A stretch of 64,000 nucleotides of DNA from a bacterium (lineage in GTDB: Bacteria > NPL-UPA2 > JAUVJM01): contig JAUWGW010000007.1 of the NCBI GenBank assembly GCA_030606215.1, forward strand, positions 1,615 to 65,614. Reading direction: 5' to 3'. Below the pieces are notes generated by a model. That model ran no database searches, had not been told where the DNA came from, and worked only from the letters and a program-made list of their open reading frames with translations. Position numbers and translations under genes: made by a program. The first letter of the stretch is position 1. Each line of letters starts with the position of its first letter. This document shows positions 1 to 10,334 of this stretch, piece by piece.

Positions 1-322
1 GGTGCCTCTTGCAAGCGGATTTCTAACAGGCAAATTCCGCAAGGGCCATACCTTCCCTGACAATGACCATCGCTCGTCCATGTCCCGCGAAGAAATTGAT
101 TCCACTATAGGACGCGTTGAACGCCTGTGGCCCCTCGCCGGCCGACGCGGACAAACCATGGCACAACTGGCGCTTTCCTGGATTTTGAGCCACACTGAAG
201 TGAGCGTTGTCATTCCCGGCGCAAAAACAGTCCGGCAGGTTCGGGACAACGCTGCCGCGGGTGAGGCGCCGCTCTTGAATGACGAGGAAATGAGAACTGC
301 TGCCGAAGCAGTTGCCGGATAA
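1..322 (+). CDS. Aldo/keto reductase, C-terminal part (5' truncated by window)
   Basis: PLASGFLTGK, AQLALSWIL and VIPGAKTVRQVRDN are typical AKR C-terminal motifs; stop TAA at 320-322. Confidence 0.9.
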   Translation, partial: VPLASGFLTGKFRKGHTFPDNDHRSSMSREEIDSTIGRVERLWPLAGRRGQTMAQLALSWILSHTEVSVVIPGAKTVRQVRDNAAAGEAPLLNDEEMRTAAEAVAG

Positions 323-407
323 ACTGGGTATTACGGATGAGACAAGATGTTAACCAGCTACTTTTCTCCGCTGGTGCGTATGGTAAAGATACCAGGAGGG
401 TACTACG

Positions 408-1598
408 ATGTCTCAACAAATAGGTAAGATTGGAATGGGAGTGATAGGTTGTGGAAGTATTGCAGAGATTGCTCATTTACCATCCATTGACAGGACACCA
501 GGTGTGGAGCTTATTGCAACGTGTGATACCGATGAGGCAAGGGCTCGGGAGGCAGCCGAAAAATGGGGTGCACATGCGTGGCATACTGATTATGAGAAAA
601 TGCTTGATGAACAGCACAATAATCTTGATGCAGTCATCATTGCCTCTCCACCCAATGTGCATTGTGAACAAGGGGTGGCAGTAGCAGAGGCAAAGTTACA
701 TCTAATTGTTGAAAAACCTCTGGCAGTTACTAATCGAGAGGCATGGGATATTGTTGAGGCATGTAAGAAAGCAGGCGTAAAACTAATGGTTGGATGCGAC
801 CGTCGCTTCTGGCTTCAAAATCAATGGGCAAAACAACTGGTTGAGGATGATGTAATTGGTAAAGTTATGATGGGGCGAGCTACTATGCATGAGCATGTTA
901 GATTTTATCAGGACAATTTTGCCAAGACTGACTTTCGCCTCAAACCAGAGATTGTAGGGGGGTCAGCAGTCTCAGATACAGGAGCACATGCAATTGATCT
1001 CCTGATATGGCTCCTGGGTAGCCGAGTAAAGCGTGTTGTGGGTGTAGCAAAACGGAATGTCCTGCCGGAGAGTTATTCCAAAGCCGACGATACAGCAGTT
1101 ATCATGATGGAGCATGAAAATGGCGCTTTTGGATATGTAAGCTGTAACCGATTTACACCTGCGGTTTCGCAATTCACTGAACTCTATGGGGATGAAGGTA
1201 CTATTATGACAACATCAGATGCAACCAACCCATATCAGACTGCACCGTTGGCTGTTTTTACAAATAGAGATTACGAGCACAATAAGATACCGGAGATCAT
1301 CCGTAAGTACCGATGGCCACAGATATTCTGGGCTGAGGATTTGATGACTCATCCTGTACAGAAACGGTGGGTATCTATCTACCCTCCACGTGAACCGAAC
1401 AACTACGACAGGCTATGTCAACATTTTCTTGATTGCCTTATCAATGATAAAAAGCCTCTGGTCAGCGGAGAGGATGGAGCACATGCTATTGAGGTTATGT
1501 GCGGGGTCTTCAAGTCTATGGAAACCGGAGGGTGGGTTGAGTTACCGCTGAAGGAGGAGGTAATACCACCTTTGTATAAGCCACGTAGAAAAAGATAA
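408..1598 (+). CDS. Gfo/Idh/MocA family NAD-dependent oxidoreductase
   Basis: GVIGCGSIA Rossmann motif, EKPLA, DTGAHAID; RBS aggagg upstream. Confidence 0.9.
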   Translation: MSQQIGKIGMGVIGCGSIAEIAHLPSIDRTPGVELIATCDTDEARAREAAEKWGAHAWHTDYEKMLDEQHNNLDAVIIASPPNVHCEQGVAVAEAKLHLIVEKPLAVTNREAWDIVEACKKAGVKLMVGCDRRFWLQNQWAKQLVEDDVIGKVMMGRATMHEHVRFYQDNFAKTDFRLKPEIVGGSAVSDTGAHAIDLLIWLLGSRVKRVVGVAKRNVLPESYSKADDTAVIMMEHENGAFGYVSCNRFTPAVSQFTELYGDEGTIMTTSDATNPYQTAPLAVFTNRDYEHNKIPEIIRKYRWPQIFWAEDLMTHPVQKRWVSIYPPREPNNYDRLCQHFLDCLINDKKPLVSGEDGAHAIEVMCGVFKSMETGGWVELPLKEEVIPPLYKPRRKR

Positions 1599-1624
1599 CC
1601 AATATGATATAAGGAGGTTTTGTT

Positions 1625-2713
1625 ATGGCAGAGATTAGAATTGCGCTTATAGGAGTAGGCAATTGCACAAGTTCATTAGTTCAGGGAAGCTTTTACTATC
1701 AGAATTTTAAGATAAAGGAAGGTGAAATAATACCGGGATTAATGCATCCAGCATTAGGAGGATATAAAGTAAGTGATATAGTTCCTGTAGTTGCATTTGA
1801 CGTAGATGCTCGTAAGGTAGGTAAAGACTTATCTGAAGCAATCTGGGCTGCTCCCAATTGCACAGAGAAGTTTTCAGAAGTCCCCAATCTTGGAGTAAAG
1901 GTTTTAATGGGACCGGTATTGGACGGAGTGACAGAGCACTTAAAAAAGTATGTGGAAGTTTCATCCGAAAAAGAGATTGACGATGTTGATAAAACAGCGC
2001 AGATTTTGAAAGAAGCTAAAGTTGATGTTCTTGTGATTAACCTTCCCACTGCTTCAGAGGAAGCGAGCTGGTTTTATGCTGAGGCTGCCTTAAAAGCCGG
2101 GGCAGGCATTGTTAATGGTATCCCTGTGTTAATTGCCAACAATAAAGAGTTTGCTAAGAAAGCGGAAGAGAATAAAGTCCCCATAGTAGGAGATGACTAT
2201 AAGAGCCAACTTGGAGGAACAATCTTAGATAGAGACTTACTCAATCTCTGTATCCAGAGGGGAATAAAGATTGTTAAATCTTATCAGTTAAATTATACAG
2301 GAAATACAGACTGTTGGAATTTAATTGAGTGGGAAAGAGGTAAAACTAAACATGCTTCCAAAAAGAGAGGTGTAGATGCAGTAATGAAATATGAAGCCCC
2401 TTTTGATGTAAATGTTTCCCATTTAAAAGTGTTAAATGATGATAAGATTTGCCGAATAGAGATCTGGGGACAAAACTTTGGCGGGACGCCAATAAAATTA
2501 GAAGCAAAGCTTCATGTTGTGGATAGTCCAAATTCTGCAGGAGTAATGGTAGATGCTATAAGGTGCTGTAAGTTGGCTCTTGATAGAGGGATAGGTGGAG
2601 TATTGGAGAGTGCATCTTCCTACCTTATGAAAAGCGGACCAACTCAATATCCTTCAGATGAAGAAGCAAGAAAAGCAATGGATGAGTTTATTGAAAGAAA
2701 AAGGGAGCGGTGA
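1625..2713 (+). CDS. ino1: myo-inositol-1-phosphate synthase family protein (divergent)
   Basis: IGVGNCTSSLVQG, AFDVDARKVGKDLSEAI, GDDYKSQLGGT, DSPNSAG motifs; RBS aaggagg. Confidence 0.85.
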   Translation: MAEIRIALIGVGNCTSSLVQGSFYYQNFKIKEGEIIPGLMHPALGGYKVSDIVPVVAFDVDARKVGKDLSEAIWAAPNCTEKFSEVPNLGVKVLMGPVLDGVTEHLKKYVEVSSEKEIDDVDKTAQILKEAKVDVLVINLPTASEEASWFYAEAALKAGAGIVNGIPVLIANNKEFAKKAEENKVPIVGDDYKSQLGGTILDRDLLNLCIQRGIKIVKSYQLNYTGNTDCWNLIEWERGKTKHASKKRGVDAVMKYEAPFDVNVSHLKVLNDDKICRIEIWGQNFGGTPIKLEAKLHVVDSPNSAGVMVDAIRCCKLALDRGIGGVLESASSYLMKSGPTQYPSDEEARKAMDEFIERKRER

Positions 2714-2714
2714 G

Positions 2715-3617
2715 GTGGATTTGATAATTCTTGGACATCTTGTAAAAGAAAAAATTATCTTTTCTGATGGGAGGGAAATGGGTCCGGTATTGGGTAGTCC
2801 GGTAGCATATGGCTCTGTAGCAGCAGCAAAATTGGGACTCAAGGTAGGTATTGTTACCAAAATAGGGAAGGATATGCCTGAAGTGCTGTTAAAAGTATTT
2901 AAAGAGGCAGGAGTTGATACTGAAGGACTTAGAATAGGTGATAATACTTCTACTAACTTCCTGATTTATGAAAAATCGGGAAAGAAAAGATTGGAGTTTT
3001 TGAAAAAAGCAAATGATATTACTTTCAAGGATATACCCGAAAAATATTTAAATTGTCCTGTCTTTCTAATCTGCCCGGTAGATTATGAAGTTCCATTTGA
3101 GCTTTTGCAAAAATTATCTTTTTTAAAGAAAGAGATGGCAGTCGATTTGGGTGGTTACGGAGGAGCTTCTTCCAGAGCGGATCGTTTCGCCGAAAAAGAG
3201 AAGTTATCATATCTAAAAAAGATAATCCCATTTTTTAAAATGGTTAAGGCAGGGAGAGAAGATTGTCAATGTTTGTTTGAGCAGGATTCAATAAATGAGA
3301 AAGAGATAGTTACTAAATTTATTGAATGGGGAGCAGAAATAGGTATAATTACCCTTGGCAATCAAGGAGCAATCGTGGCTATCAAGAGAGGTAGCTTTCA
3401 GGTTCCAGCCTTTCAATCTGAAGCTATTGATTGTACTGGTGCTGGTGATGTGTGGCACGCTGGTTTCTTGGTAGAATATTTAAGGAGTAAAGATGTGGAA
3501 AAATCAGCTTTATTTGCTTCTGCTACTGCCTCCTTAGTGATTGAGAAAACTGGTGGTGTATTCGCTTCCAGGATGCCTACTGCTGAGCAAGTGCATGAAA
3601 GGCAGAGACAATTCTAA
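2715..3617 (+). CDS. PfkB family carbohydrate kinase
   Basis: DCTGAGD anion-hole motif. Start set at GTG 2715, just after the ino1 stop. Confidence 0.85.
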   Translation: MDLIILGHLVKEKIIFSDGREMGPVLGSPVAYGSVAAAKLGLKVGIVTKIGKDMPEVLLKVFKEAGVDTEGLRIGDNTSTNFLIYEKSGKKRLEFLKKANDITFKDIPEKYLNCPVFLICPVDYEVPFELLQKLSFLKKEMAVDLGGYGGASSRADRFAEKEKLSYLKKIIPFFKMVKAGREDCQCLFEQDSINEKEIVTKFIEWGAEIGIITLGNQGAIVAIKRGSFQVPAFQSEAIDCTGAGDVWHAGFLVEYLRSKDVEKSALFASATASLVIEKTGGVFASRMPTAEQVHERQRQF

Positions 3618-3666
3618 GAACAATGGAGAGTGATTGGTAAAAACATCTAAGAATTATTAGAATTCT

Positions 3667-4491
3667 ATGGTAAACAGGGCTAAAATAATAAAAGACCTTC
3701 AGAAAAAAGCCAGGATTATAAGGAGAGACATTATCCAAATGCTTTATGAAGCAGGTTCTGGTCACTGTGGGGGGTGTCTTTCCTCAACAGATATAGTAAC
3801 TGCTCTTTACTTTCATCATCTTTGTTATAAACCAGACAATCCAGATTGGCCAGAGAGAGATAGGTTTATTCTGTCTAAAGGTCACTGCGTTCCTCTTCTT
3901 TATGCAGTATTGGCAGAGGGTGGTTATTTCCCTAAAGGTGAACTGAAAACACTAAGAAAGATTGGCAGTCACTTACAAGGCCATCCTGATATGAGAAAGA
4001 CAAAAGGAGTGGAGGCTTCAACAGGCTCCTTAGGGCAAGGTTTATCCATAGCCTGTGGTATAGCTTTGGGTGGAAAAATGGATAAAAAAAGTTATACTGT
4101 ATATGCCCTTTTAGGTGATGGAGAGATACAGGAAGGTCAAGTTTGGGAAGCAGCGATGTTTGCTAACCATTATCATTTAGATAATATAGTAGCTATCATT
4201 GACCGAAATCGACTTCAGGTAGATGGACCAACAAATAAAATAATGACTATAGAGCCATTGGTAGACAAATGGAAGGCTTTCGGATGGAAGGTAATTACAA
4301 TTGACGGGCATGATATGAGTCAGATTTTAGATGCTTTAGAGAAAGCTAAAGAAACGAAAGATAGGCCAACTGTTGTAATTGCTAATACTATCAAAGGTAA
4401 GGGTGTGTCTTTTATGGAAAATCAAGTAAATTGGCATGGCAAAGCACCTAATAAAGAAGAAGCTGAAAAAGCGCTGTCAGAGTTAACTTAG
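3667..4491 (+). CDS. Transketolase, N-terminal (TPP-binding) subunit
   Basis: GSGHCGG, RDRFILSKGH, STGSLGQG, GDGEIQEG, KGKGVSFME motifs. Confidence 0.95.
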   Translation: MVNRAKIIKDLQKKARIIRRDIIQMLYEAGSGHCGGCLSSTDIVTALYFHHLCYKPDNPDWPERDRFILSKGHCVPLLYAVLAEGGYFPKGELKTLRKIGSHLQGHPDMRKTKGVEASTGSLGQGLSIACGIALGGKMDKKSYTVYALLGDGEIQEGQVWEAAMFANHYHLDNIVAIIDRNRLQVDGPTNKIMTIEPLVDKWKAFGWKVITIDGHDMSQILDALEKAKETKDRPTVVIANTIKGKGVSFMENQVNWHGKAPNKEEAEKALSELT

Positions 4492-4501
4492 AAGTTGCTG
4501 T

Positions 4502-5473
4502 GTGGATATTAAAATGAAATCTACAAGGGATGCTTATGGAGAAGCCTTAGTTGAATTGGGCAAGAGCAATAAAAATGTAGTGGTGCTGGATGCTGATGTA
4601 TCCAAGGCAACGAGAACAAAGAAATTTGCTGAGCAATTCCCTGGTAGATTTTTCAATTGTGGTTGTGCTGAACAGAATATGATGGGAGTAGCTGCTGGTC
4701 TCTCCCTTACAGGTAAGATCCCATTTGCTTCTACCTTCGCTGTATTTGCTACCTGTCGAGCATTGGATCAAGTGAGAAATACCATTGCCTATCCTCGGTT
4801 GAATGTTAAAATAGTCGCTACCCACGGAGGCATAACAGTCGGGGCCGATGGTCCGTCCCATCAGTCGTTAGAAGATATGGCTATTATGAGAGCAATTCCC
4901 AATATGATTGTAATAGTCCCTGCTGATGCTATTGAAACAAAAAAGGCTGTTAAGGAATCCGTTAAATATGAGGGGCCTATATACATTAGATTGGGAAGAG
5001 CAGAAGTACCTATAGTAACAAATAAGGATTCTCCCTTTGCCATTGGGGAGGCTAATGTCATACAAGAAGGAGATGATATTACCATTATTGCCTGTGGTAT
5101 TATGGTAGCTGTATCTTTAGAGGCAGCTCAACTATTAGAGAAAGAGGGAATAAAAGCTAAAGTTGTAAATATGCATACTATAAAACCGATTGATGAAGAT
5201 TTAATTATTAAAGTAGCTAGAGAAACAAAAGCTATAGTTGTAGCAGAAGAACATAATATCATTGGTGGACTTGGTAGTGCTGTTGCAGAGATATTGTGTA
5301 ATAAAATCCCCACACCGTTTGAACAGGTAGGAATGAGAGATACCTTTGCAGAATCCGGTAAACCGGAAGAATTACTGGCAAAGCATGGGTTAACAGCGAA
5401 TACGATAGTTGATGTAGCAAGAAAAGTTTTAAAGAGCCTGAAAGGTTGTTTGATTATAGAAAAAAAATCTTAA
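4502..5473 (+). CDS. Transketolase, C-terminal subunit
   Basis: AEQNMMGVAAG, DGPSHQ, TIKPID, EEHNIIGGLGSAV. Confidence 0.95.
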   Translation: MDIKMKSTRDAYGEALVELGKSNKNVVVLDADVSKATRTKKFAEQFPGRFFNCGCAEQNMMGVAAGLSLTGKIPFASTFAVFATCRALDQVRNTIAYPRLNVKIVATHGGITVGADGPSHQSLEDMAIMRAIPNMIVIVPADAIETKKAVKESVKYEGPIYIRLGRAEVPIVTNKDSPFAIGEANVIQEGDDITIIACGIMVAVSLEAAQLLEKEGIKAKVVNMHTIKPIDEDLIIKVARETKAIVVAEEHNIIGGLGSAVAEILCNKIPTPFEQVGMRDTFAESGKPEELLAKHGLTANTIVDVARKVLKSLKGCLIIEKKS

Positions 5474-5676
5474 CCTATCGTATATCATTACTTAGTAGCA
5501 AGGGAAAGATTAATAAAAACTTTGGCTTATTTGATATTATAGGTGCGGATTATAAAAATTTCTCCAAATATTCGTTTATGTATATTGATATAGATAAAGG
5601 TAATCTATGCATGGATATTCCTAAACTTCTACGAGAAATAAGCTTTAATAAAATGAAGATGGGAGATAAAACATAG

Positions 5677-7896
5677 ATGAAAGAGAATAGAGAAAAAGTA
5701 TTTCCATATGGGACACATATTTACAGAGTCCCCAATTTACCCATTCCAGAATTAAAGAAAGATATGGTTCTTCTCAAAAGATTAGGCTTTAATATGGTCA
5801 AAATTCAAGAATCGTGGAGCCACGATGAAGTAAAAGAGGGAGAGGTGAACTTATCTGATGTAGAAGAATTGGTAAAAGAGGCAGAAAAACTTTCTCTTTT
5901 TGTTTGCTTAGGAATTACCATGGAGCAAGCACCAGCATGGCTCTGGAGAAAATATCCTGATTGCAGACTTGTTTATAACACTGGAGAACCACACAATGAC
6001 CCCACCCAGTATCTTCTCCCTGCAGATGGGAAACCCGGTCCTTGCTGGGACCATCCAGAAGCAAGAAACGCTGGCGAAAAATTTATAAAAGAATTGGTAA
6101 AGAAACTCGGAAAATACAAAAACATTATTACCTGGAATGTATGGCAGGAAGTTGAATTCCGGCCTATGTATCTCGGTAAATTAGGTTTCTGTTATTGTCC
6201 TCACACTCTGGCTAAATTCAGAAAATGGCTGAGGAAAAAATATGGTTCTTTAGAAAAACTCAATGACACATGGAAAACTTCCTATGGAGAATGGGAAGAA
6301 GTTGAACCACCAAGGTTTCATCCCTATGTCCATTCATGGATTGACTGGCGTTATTTTATGGATGATGTATATTTAGCAACTGCTATTAAATGGAAGGTAA
6401 GTGCATTTAAAGATAATGACCCACTAAAAAGACCGGTATTTTGCCACGTAGGCTCACCTACTACTGGTAGCGGAAAAGATTGGAGATATGCTAAAGAGGT
6501 AGATTTCTTCGGTTCTTCCTGTTATCCCGCATGGGACTCTCTGGGCAAATGGGATGCTGGGTTTCCCAGCACAGGTGGGACAATTTCCAAAGAAAAGGCT
6601 CTAAAAGCCGAGATGTGGAATAGCATCTCTTTACGCTTTGATTATATAAGAGGTGTATCTAAAGAGAAAGAGTTCTGGGCCGCAGAGTTTCAGGGCGGAC
6701 CGGCAGTTGGTTTTTTACATAAGGGCAGAACACCGACGAAGGAAGATATAAGGAGGTGGGTATTAACTGCTCTTTCAACTGGCATTTCCGGGCTTTCCTT
6801 CTGGAATCACAGAGTAGAAATCTCCTGGCAGGAAGCTTATGGTTTTGGTCTCCTACCATTAGAAGGAAATATAACCGACAGAGCAAAAGAAGCAGGAGAT
6901 TTAAGTAAGGCAATAAATAAATATGGTGAGTTTTTTAAAAAAAGTAATGTAGCAGAATCTCAAGCAGCCATCTTTATAAATGAAGACCTCTATCACTTCT
7001 GCGAAGGCACACCTATTACTTCCTGGGATACCTATAGTCTGACTAACAACCTCTCTTCTCATTTAACTCACACCATCAGAGGAATCTATAAGATGCTATG
7101 GGAAGAAGGAATCCTGGTAGATTTTGTTGAAGAAAAAGAAATTAAAACTGGTGAGATGGAAAAATACAAAGTTATTATTCTTCCCTTCCCTTTAGCAATA
7201 TCTGATGAATTGATGGAGAGGCTCAGAGATTATGTTAATAGTGGCGGCGTATTGATTTCAGAAGCTTGTCCAGGTAGGTATGATAAACATGGTTTTGCCC
7301 GTCCTGGAGAGATAAATAGTGTTGCTGAACAACTTTTCGGAGTACAACATAAGGATGTGATTTTGTGCCAGGAACCAGAAGAAAATCATTGGACGCCAAC
7401 GGAATGGAGCTACGGGGAAATCCTACTGCCAACAAGATTTACTGGAACAGGTGTTTTTAATGGGCATTCAGTCCTGGCGAATCTCTATGTAGAAAGTTTT
7501 TCTCTGAAGGAAGCAATTCCAATTCTACTGAATGGTGAGGACATAACTGGTGTGGTTAACCGCTATGGTAAAGGAAAAGTATATCTAATTGGAACATTTC
7601 TTGGTCATGCTGGTGCCACTTATGAAGACAAACCCACCCAGAACTTTATAGTGAAATTAATTACCGATGCAGGAGTCAAGCAGGAGAAATGCGGAAAATT
7701 ACTTAGACGAAAGCGTATTTTGAATGATAAAGAAGCATGGTTTTTAATTAATCCAACTGCTGATACTATATCTGAAGCCATAGACTTTAGAGATTTTGCT
7801 AAGGTTGAGGACTTATTAGAAAGTTCATTCAATAAAAATAAGTCTGTTGAAGTCCAGCCATTTTCTGTAAGAGTTATTATTCTCGGAAAAGAGTAA
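5677..7896 (+). CDS. GH42-like beta-galactosidase with trimerisation domain
   Basis: FRKWLRKKYGSLEKLNDTW, WAAEFQGG nucleophile region, GATase-like YKVIILP/GKGKVYLIG domain. The acid/base motif reads WQE rather than the usual xNE. Confidence 0.8.
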   Translation: MKENREKVFPYGTHIYRVPNLPIPELKKDMVLLKRLGFNMVKIQESWSHDEVKEGEVNLSDVEELVKEAEKLSLFVCLGITMEQAPAWLWRKYPDCRLVYNTGEPHNDPTQYLLPADGKPGPCWDHPEARNAGEKFIKELVKKLGKYKNIITWNVWQEVEFRPMYLGKLGFCYCPHTLAKFRKWLRKKYGSLEKLNDTWKTSYGEWEEVEPPRFHPYVHSWIDWRYFMDDVYLATAIKWKVSAFKDNDPLKRPVFCHVGSPTTGSGKDWRYAKEVDFFGSSCYPAWDSLGKWDAGFPSTGGTISKEKALKAEMWNSISLRFDYIRGVSKEKEFWAAEFQGGPAVGFLHKGRTPTKEDIRRWVLTALSTGISGLSFWNHRVEISWQEAYGFGLLPLEGNITDRAKEAGDLSKAINKYGEFFKKSNVAESQAAIFINEDLYHFCEGTPITSWDTYSLTNNLSSHLTHTIRGIYKMLWEEGILVDFVEEKEIKTGEMEKYKVIILPFPLAISDELMERLRDYVNSGGVLISEACPGRYDKHGFARPGEINSVAEQLFGVQHKDVILCQEPEENHWTPTEWSYGEILLPTRFTGTGVFNGHSVLANLYVESFSLKEAIPILLNGEDITGVVNRYGKGKVYLIGTFLGHAGATYEDKPTQNFIVKLITDAGVKQEKCGKLLRRKRILNDKEAWFLINPTADTISEAIDFRDFAKVEDLLESSFNKNKSVEVQPFSVRVIILGKE

Positions 7897-7898
7897 AA

Positions 7899-9014
7899 AT
7901 GAAAGATATTCTTTCTAAGAAGGAAAGAGTGGAAAGAACCCTAAATTTTCTTCCTGTGGATAGAATAGCAATTCATGACCAGGTAAGCTACAATCCCGGT
8001 GTTATTTCCTTGTATACTGGTAAGAAAATAGAGGGTTTCAATTATTCTATTGAAGATATATGTGAGGCAATAAGAAAAACCCTGGATGCATGCTTTCCCG
8101 TTTTTGCACCGCGCGGGAAAGAGAAAGTGACAACCGAAGAGGGCTTTGTTATGCAGATGGATAACTGGACAAGCTGGGTAGTTAAACGCCCTTTCAATGA
8201 TACCAAAGGATTAAAAGAATTTTTCTTAAGGCGAATTGAAAAGATGAAGACTACCAAATTCAATGCTGGAGAAGAAAGGGAAGCTTACCGTGAAAAATTT
8301 CTGGACATACAGAAGCTGATAGGTGATACAGTGTTTATAGATTGGAGCGAAGTTGGGTTGTGTTCTTGCTGGTCAGCAGGGGGGATAGAATTATTTACTT
8401 ATTTATACTATGATGAGCCGGAGATTATTTCTAACTACATCCAAACATACTTAGAAAGGGAAATTAAAAGGGTCCATGCAATAGCAGATAGAGAGTTATC
8501 TTCAGTTATTTTAATTCCTGATGATTTAGCTTCCAAATCGGGCCCCATATTTAGCCCTGATTTTCTAAGAAAAGAATATTTTCCAAGATTAACTCATTTA
8601 GTGAAAGCCTGGCACAGTCATGGCTTTAAGGTGCTTTATCATAGCGATGGAAACTGGAAGATGCTTATTTCTGATTTTCTGAAATGTGGAGTAGATGGAT
8701 TTTATTGTCTTGAGCCTGCTGTTGGTATGGATATCATAGAATTGAAGAAAAAGTATCCAAAAGTAATTTGGGCAGGTGGACTTGATGGGGTTGACTTGAT
8801 GGAAAGAGGAAACCCTCAAGAGGTTAGAAAAGAAGTAAGAAGACAGATTGAGGAAACAGATGCTTTAAATACTGGAGGGCTTTTTCTTGGTACATCCAGT
8901 GAAATTAATCCTCCTATAAAGCCAGAGAATTACCAAGCAATGGTAGAAGAGGCAACTTCAATCTATAATAAGAATTTTTCTGAAGGAGAAAACGAGAAAT
9001 GGCAGAAAGATTAG
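7899..9014 (+). CDS. Uroporphyrinogen decarboxylase-fold (UroD/MtaA-like) protein, function unknown
   Basis: KKERVERTL N-terminus, DDLASKSGPIFSP, YHSDGN, GGLD, C-terminal PENY motif. Confidence 0.8.
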   Translation: MKDILSKKERVERTLNFLPVDRIAIHDQVSYNPGVISLYTGKKIEGFNYSIEDICEAIRKTLDACFPVFAPRGKEKVTTEEGFVMQMDNWTSWVVKRPFNDTKGLKEFFLRRIEKMKTTKFNAGEEREAYREKFLDIQKLIGDTVFIDWSEVGLCSCWSAGGIELFTYLYYDEPEIISNYIQTYLEREIKRVHAIADRELSSVILIPDDLASKSGPIFSPDFLRKEYFPRLTHLVKAWHSHGFKVLYHSDGNWKMLISDFLKCGVDGFYCLEPAVGMDIIELKKKYPKVIWAGGLDGVDLMERGNPQEVRKEVRRQIEETDALNTGGLFLGTSSEINPPIKPENYQAMVEEATSIYNKNFSEGENEKWQKD

Positions 9015-10288
9015 CGATTAATGGTGGAGAAAAGGTTATGCCAGATGATGTTAAGAAGGTTCGCTGGCCGGTAATTACTGATGAAGATAAAGAGGCAGTG
9101 ATGAGGGTATTGGATAGTGGGATTCTATTTGGTCCCTATGCCTCTGAGGTGGTTGCTTTACAGAAAGAGTTCGCAGATTATATTGGAACAAAATACTGCA
9201 TTGCCACAAATTCAGGAACAGCAGCTTTACATATGGCTGTGGCGGCAGCAGGTATCGGTCCAGGTGATGAAGTTATAACAAGTGCCTTTTCTTTCCTTGC
9301 ATCAGCTACCTGTATCTTGCATCATAATGCTATCCCGGTATTCGTTGATATAGATCCGGCTACTTACAACATTGACGCAGATAAGATTGAGGAAAAAATA
9401 GCGGAGAGAACAAAGGCAATAATTCCGGTGCATATCCACGGTCTACCTTGTGATATGGATAAGGTACTGGAGGTTGCCAAAAAACATAGTTTAGTGGTGA
9501 TTGAAGATGCCTGTCAATCTCATGGTGCAACTTACAAGGGAAAGAAAACAGGAAATTTTGGAGAGATGGCTACTTTCAGTCTAAATTCTACAAAGAATCT
9601 TCCAGGAGGAGAAGGAGGTTTGTTTGTTACAAATGATGAAGAGCTAAGAGCCAAAGCAAATATGACAAGGATGTTTGGTGAATATGTAAAGGAAGGGGAG
9701 GGCAGAAGTTATAAAGCCTACACCATGGGATGGATGTATAGAACTCAAGAGATGTCTGCTGCCCTTACAAGAAGTCAATTGAAGAGACTTAATCATTATA
9801 ATGAAATTTCGAGAAAGAATGGAGATTATCTCACACAAGAATTATCAAAAATAAAAGGGCTTATCCCTCCTGTTACACCCCAGGATAGAACCAATATCTA
9901 CCATAAATATAGAGTAAGACTTAACCCGAGAGCGCTCGGTATTAACATAGAATCAGTTAAATTTCGGGATTTGGTAATGAAAGCGCTAATTGCTGAAGGA
10001 GTGGATGTCGTTTTATGGCAGCATCATTCTCTCCCAGCAAATCCTTTATTCCAAGAAAGAGAAGGATATGGAAAAGGATGTCCATGGAGTTGTCCATATT
10101 ACGGGAAGGAGATTTCTTATAATGTAGAGAACTATCCGGAGATTAATAAACTCATTGAAAGTTCTCTGGTCGTTTGCTCTGAACCATACCCTATTTACTG
10201 TCAGAGTTTAGAGCTAATGAAGTATTATGTGGAAGGGTTCAGAAAAGTATTTGAAAATATTGAGGAAGTAATGGAACAAGGAATTTAG
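8999..10288 (+). CDS. DegT/DnrJ/EryC1/StrS family PLP aminotransferase
   Basis: NSGTAALH, EDACQSHG, FSLNSTKNLPGGEGG with the PLP lysine. Confidence 0.92.
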   Translation: MAERLAINGGEKVMPDDVKKVRWPVITDEDKEAVMRVLDSGILFGPYASEVVALQKEFADYIGTKYCIATNSGTAALHMAVAAAGIGPGDEVITSAFSFLASATCILHHNAIPVFVDIDPATYNIDADKIEEKIAERTKAIIPVHIHGLPCDMDKVLEVAKKHSLVVIEDACQSHGATYKGKKTGNFGEMATFSLNSTKNLPGGEGGLFVTNDEELRAKANMTRMFGEYVKEGEGRSYKAYTMGWMYRTQEMSAALTRSQLKRLNHYNEISRKNGDYLTQELSKIKGLIPPVTPQDRTNIYHKYRVRLNPRALGINIESVKFRDLVMKALIAEGVDVVLWQHHSLPANPLFQEREGYGKGCPWSCPYYGKEISYNVENYPEINKLIESSLVVCSEPYPIYCQSLELMKYYVEGFRKVFENIEEVMEQGI

Positions 10289-10334
10289 AAATGGTATCCG
10301 AAACTATCAGAAAGATTTATTGTAGGGAGGAACT

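Noticed and set aside
5446..5676. 76 aa ORF between transketolase and the GH42-like gene
   Set aside because: TTG start inside the upstream gene, no RBS, AT-rich, no recognisable motif; probably intergenic or a remnant.
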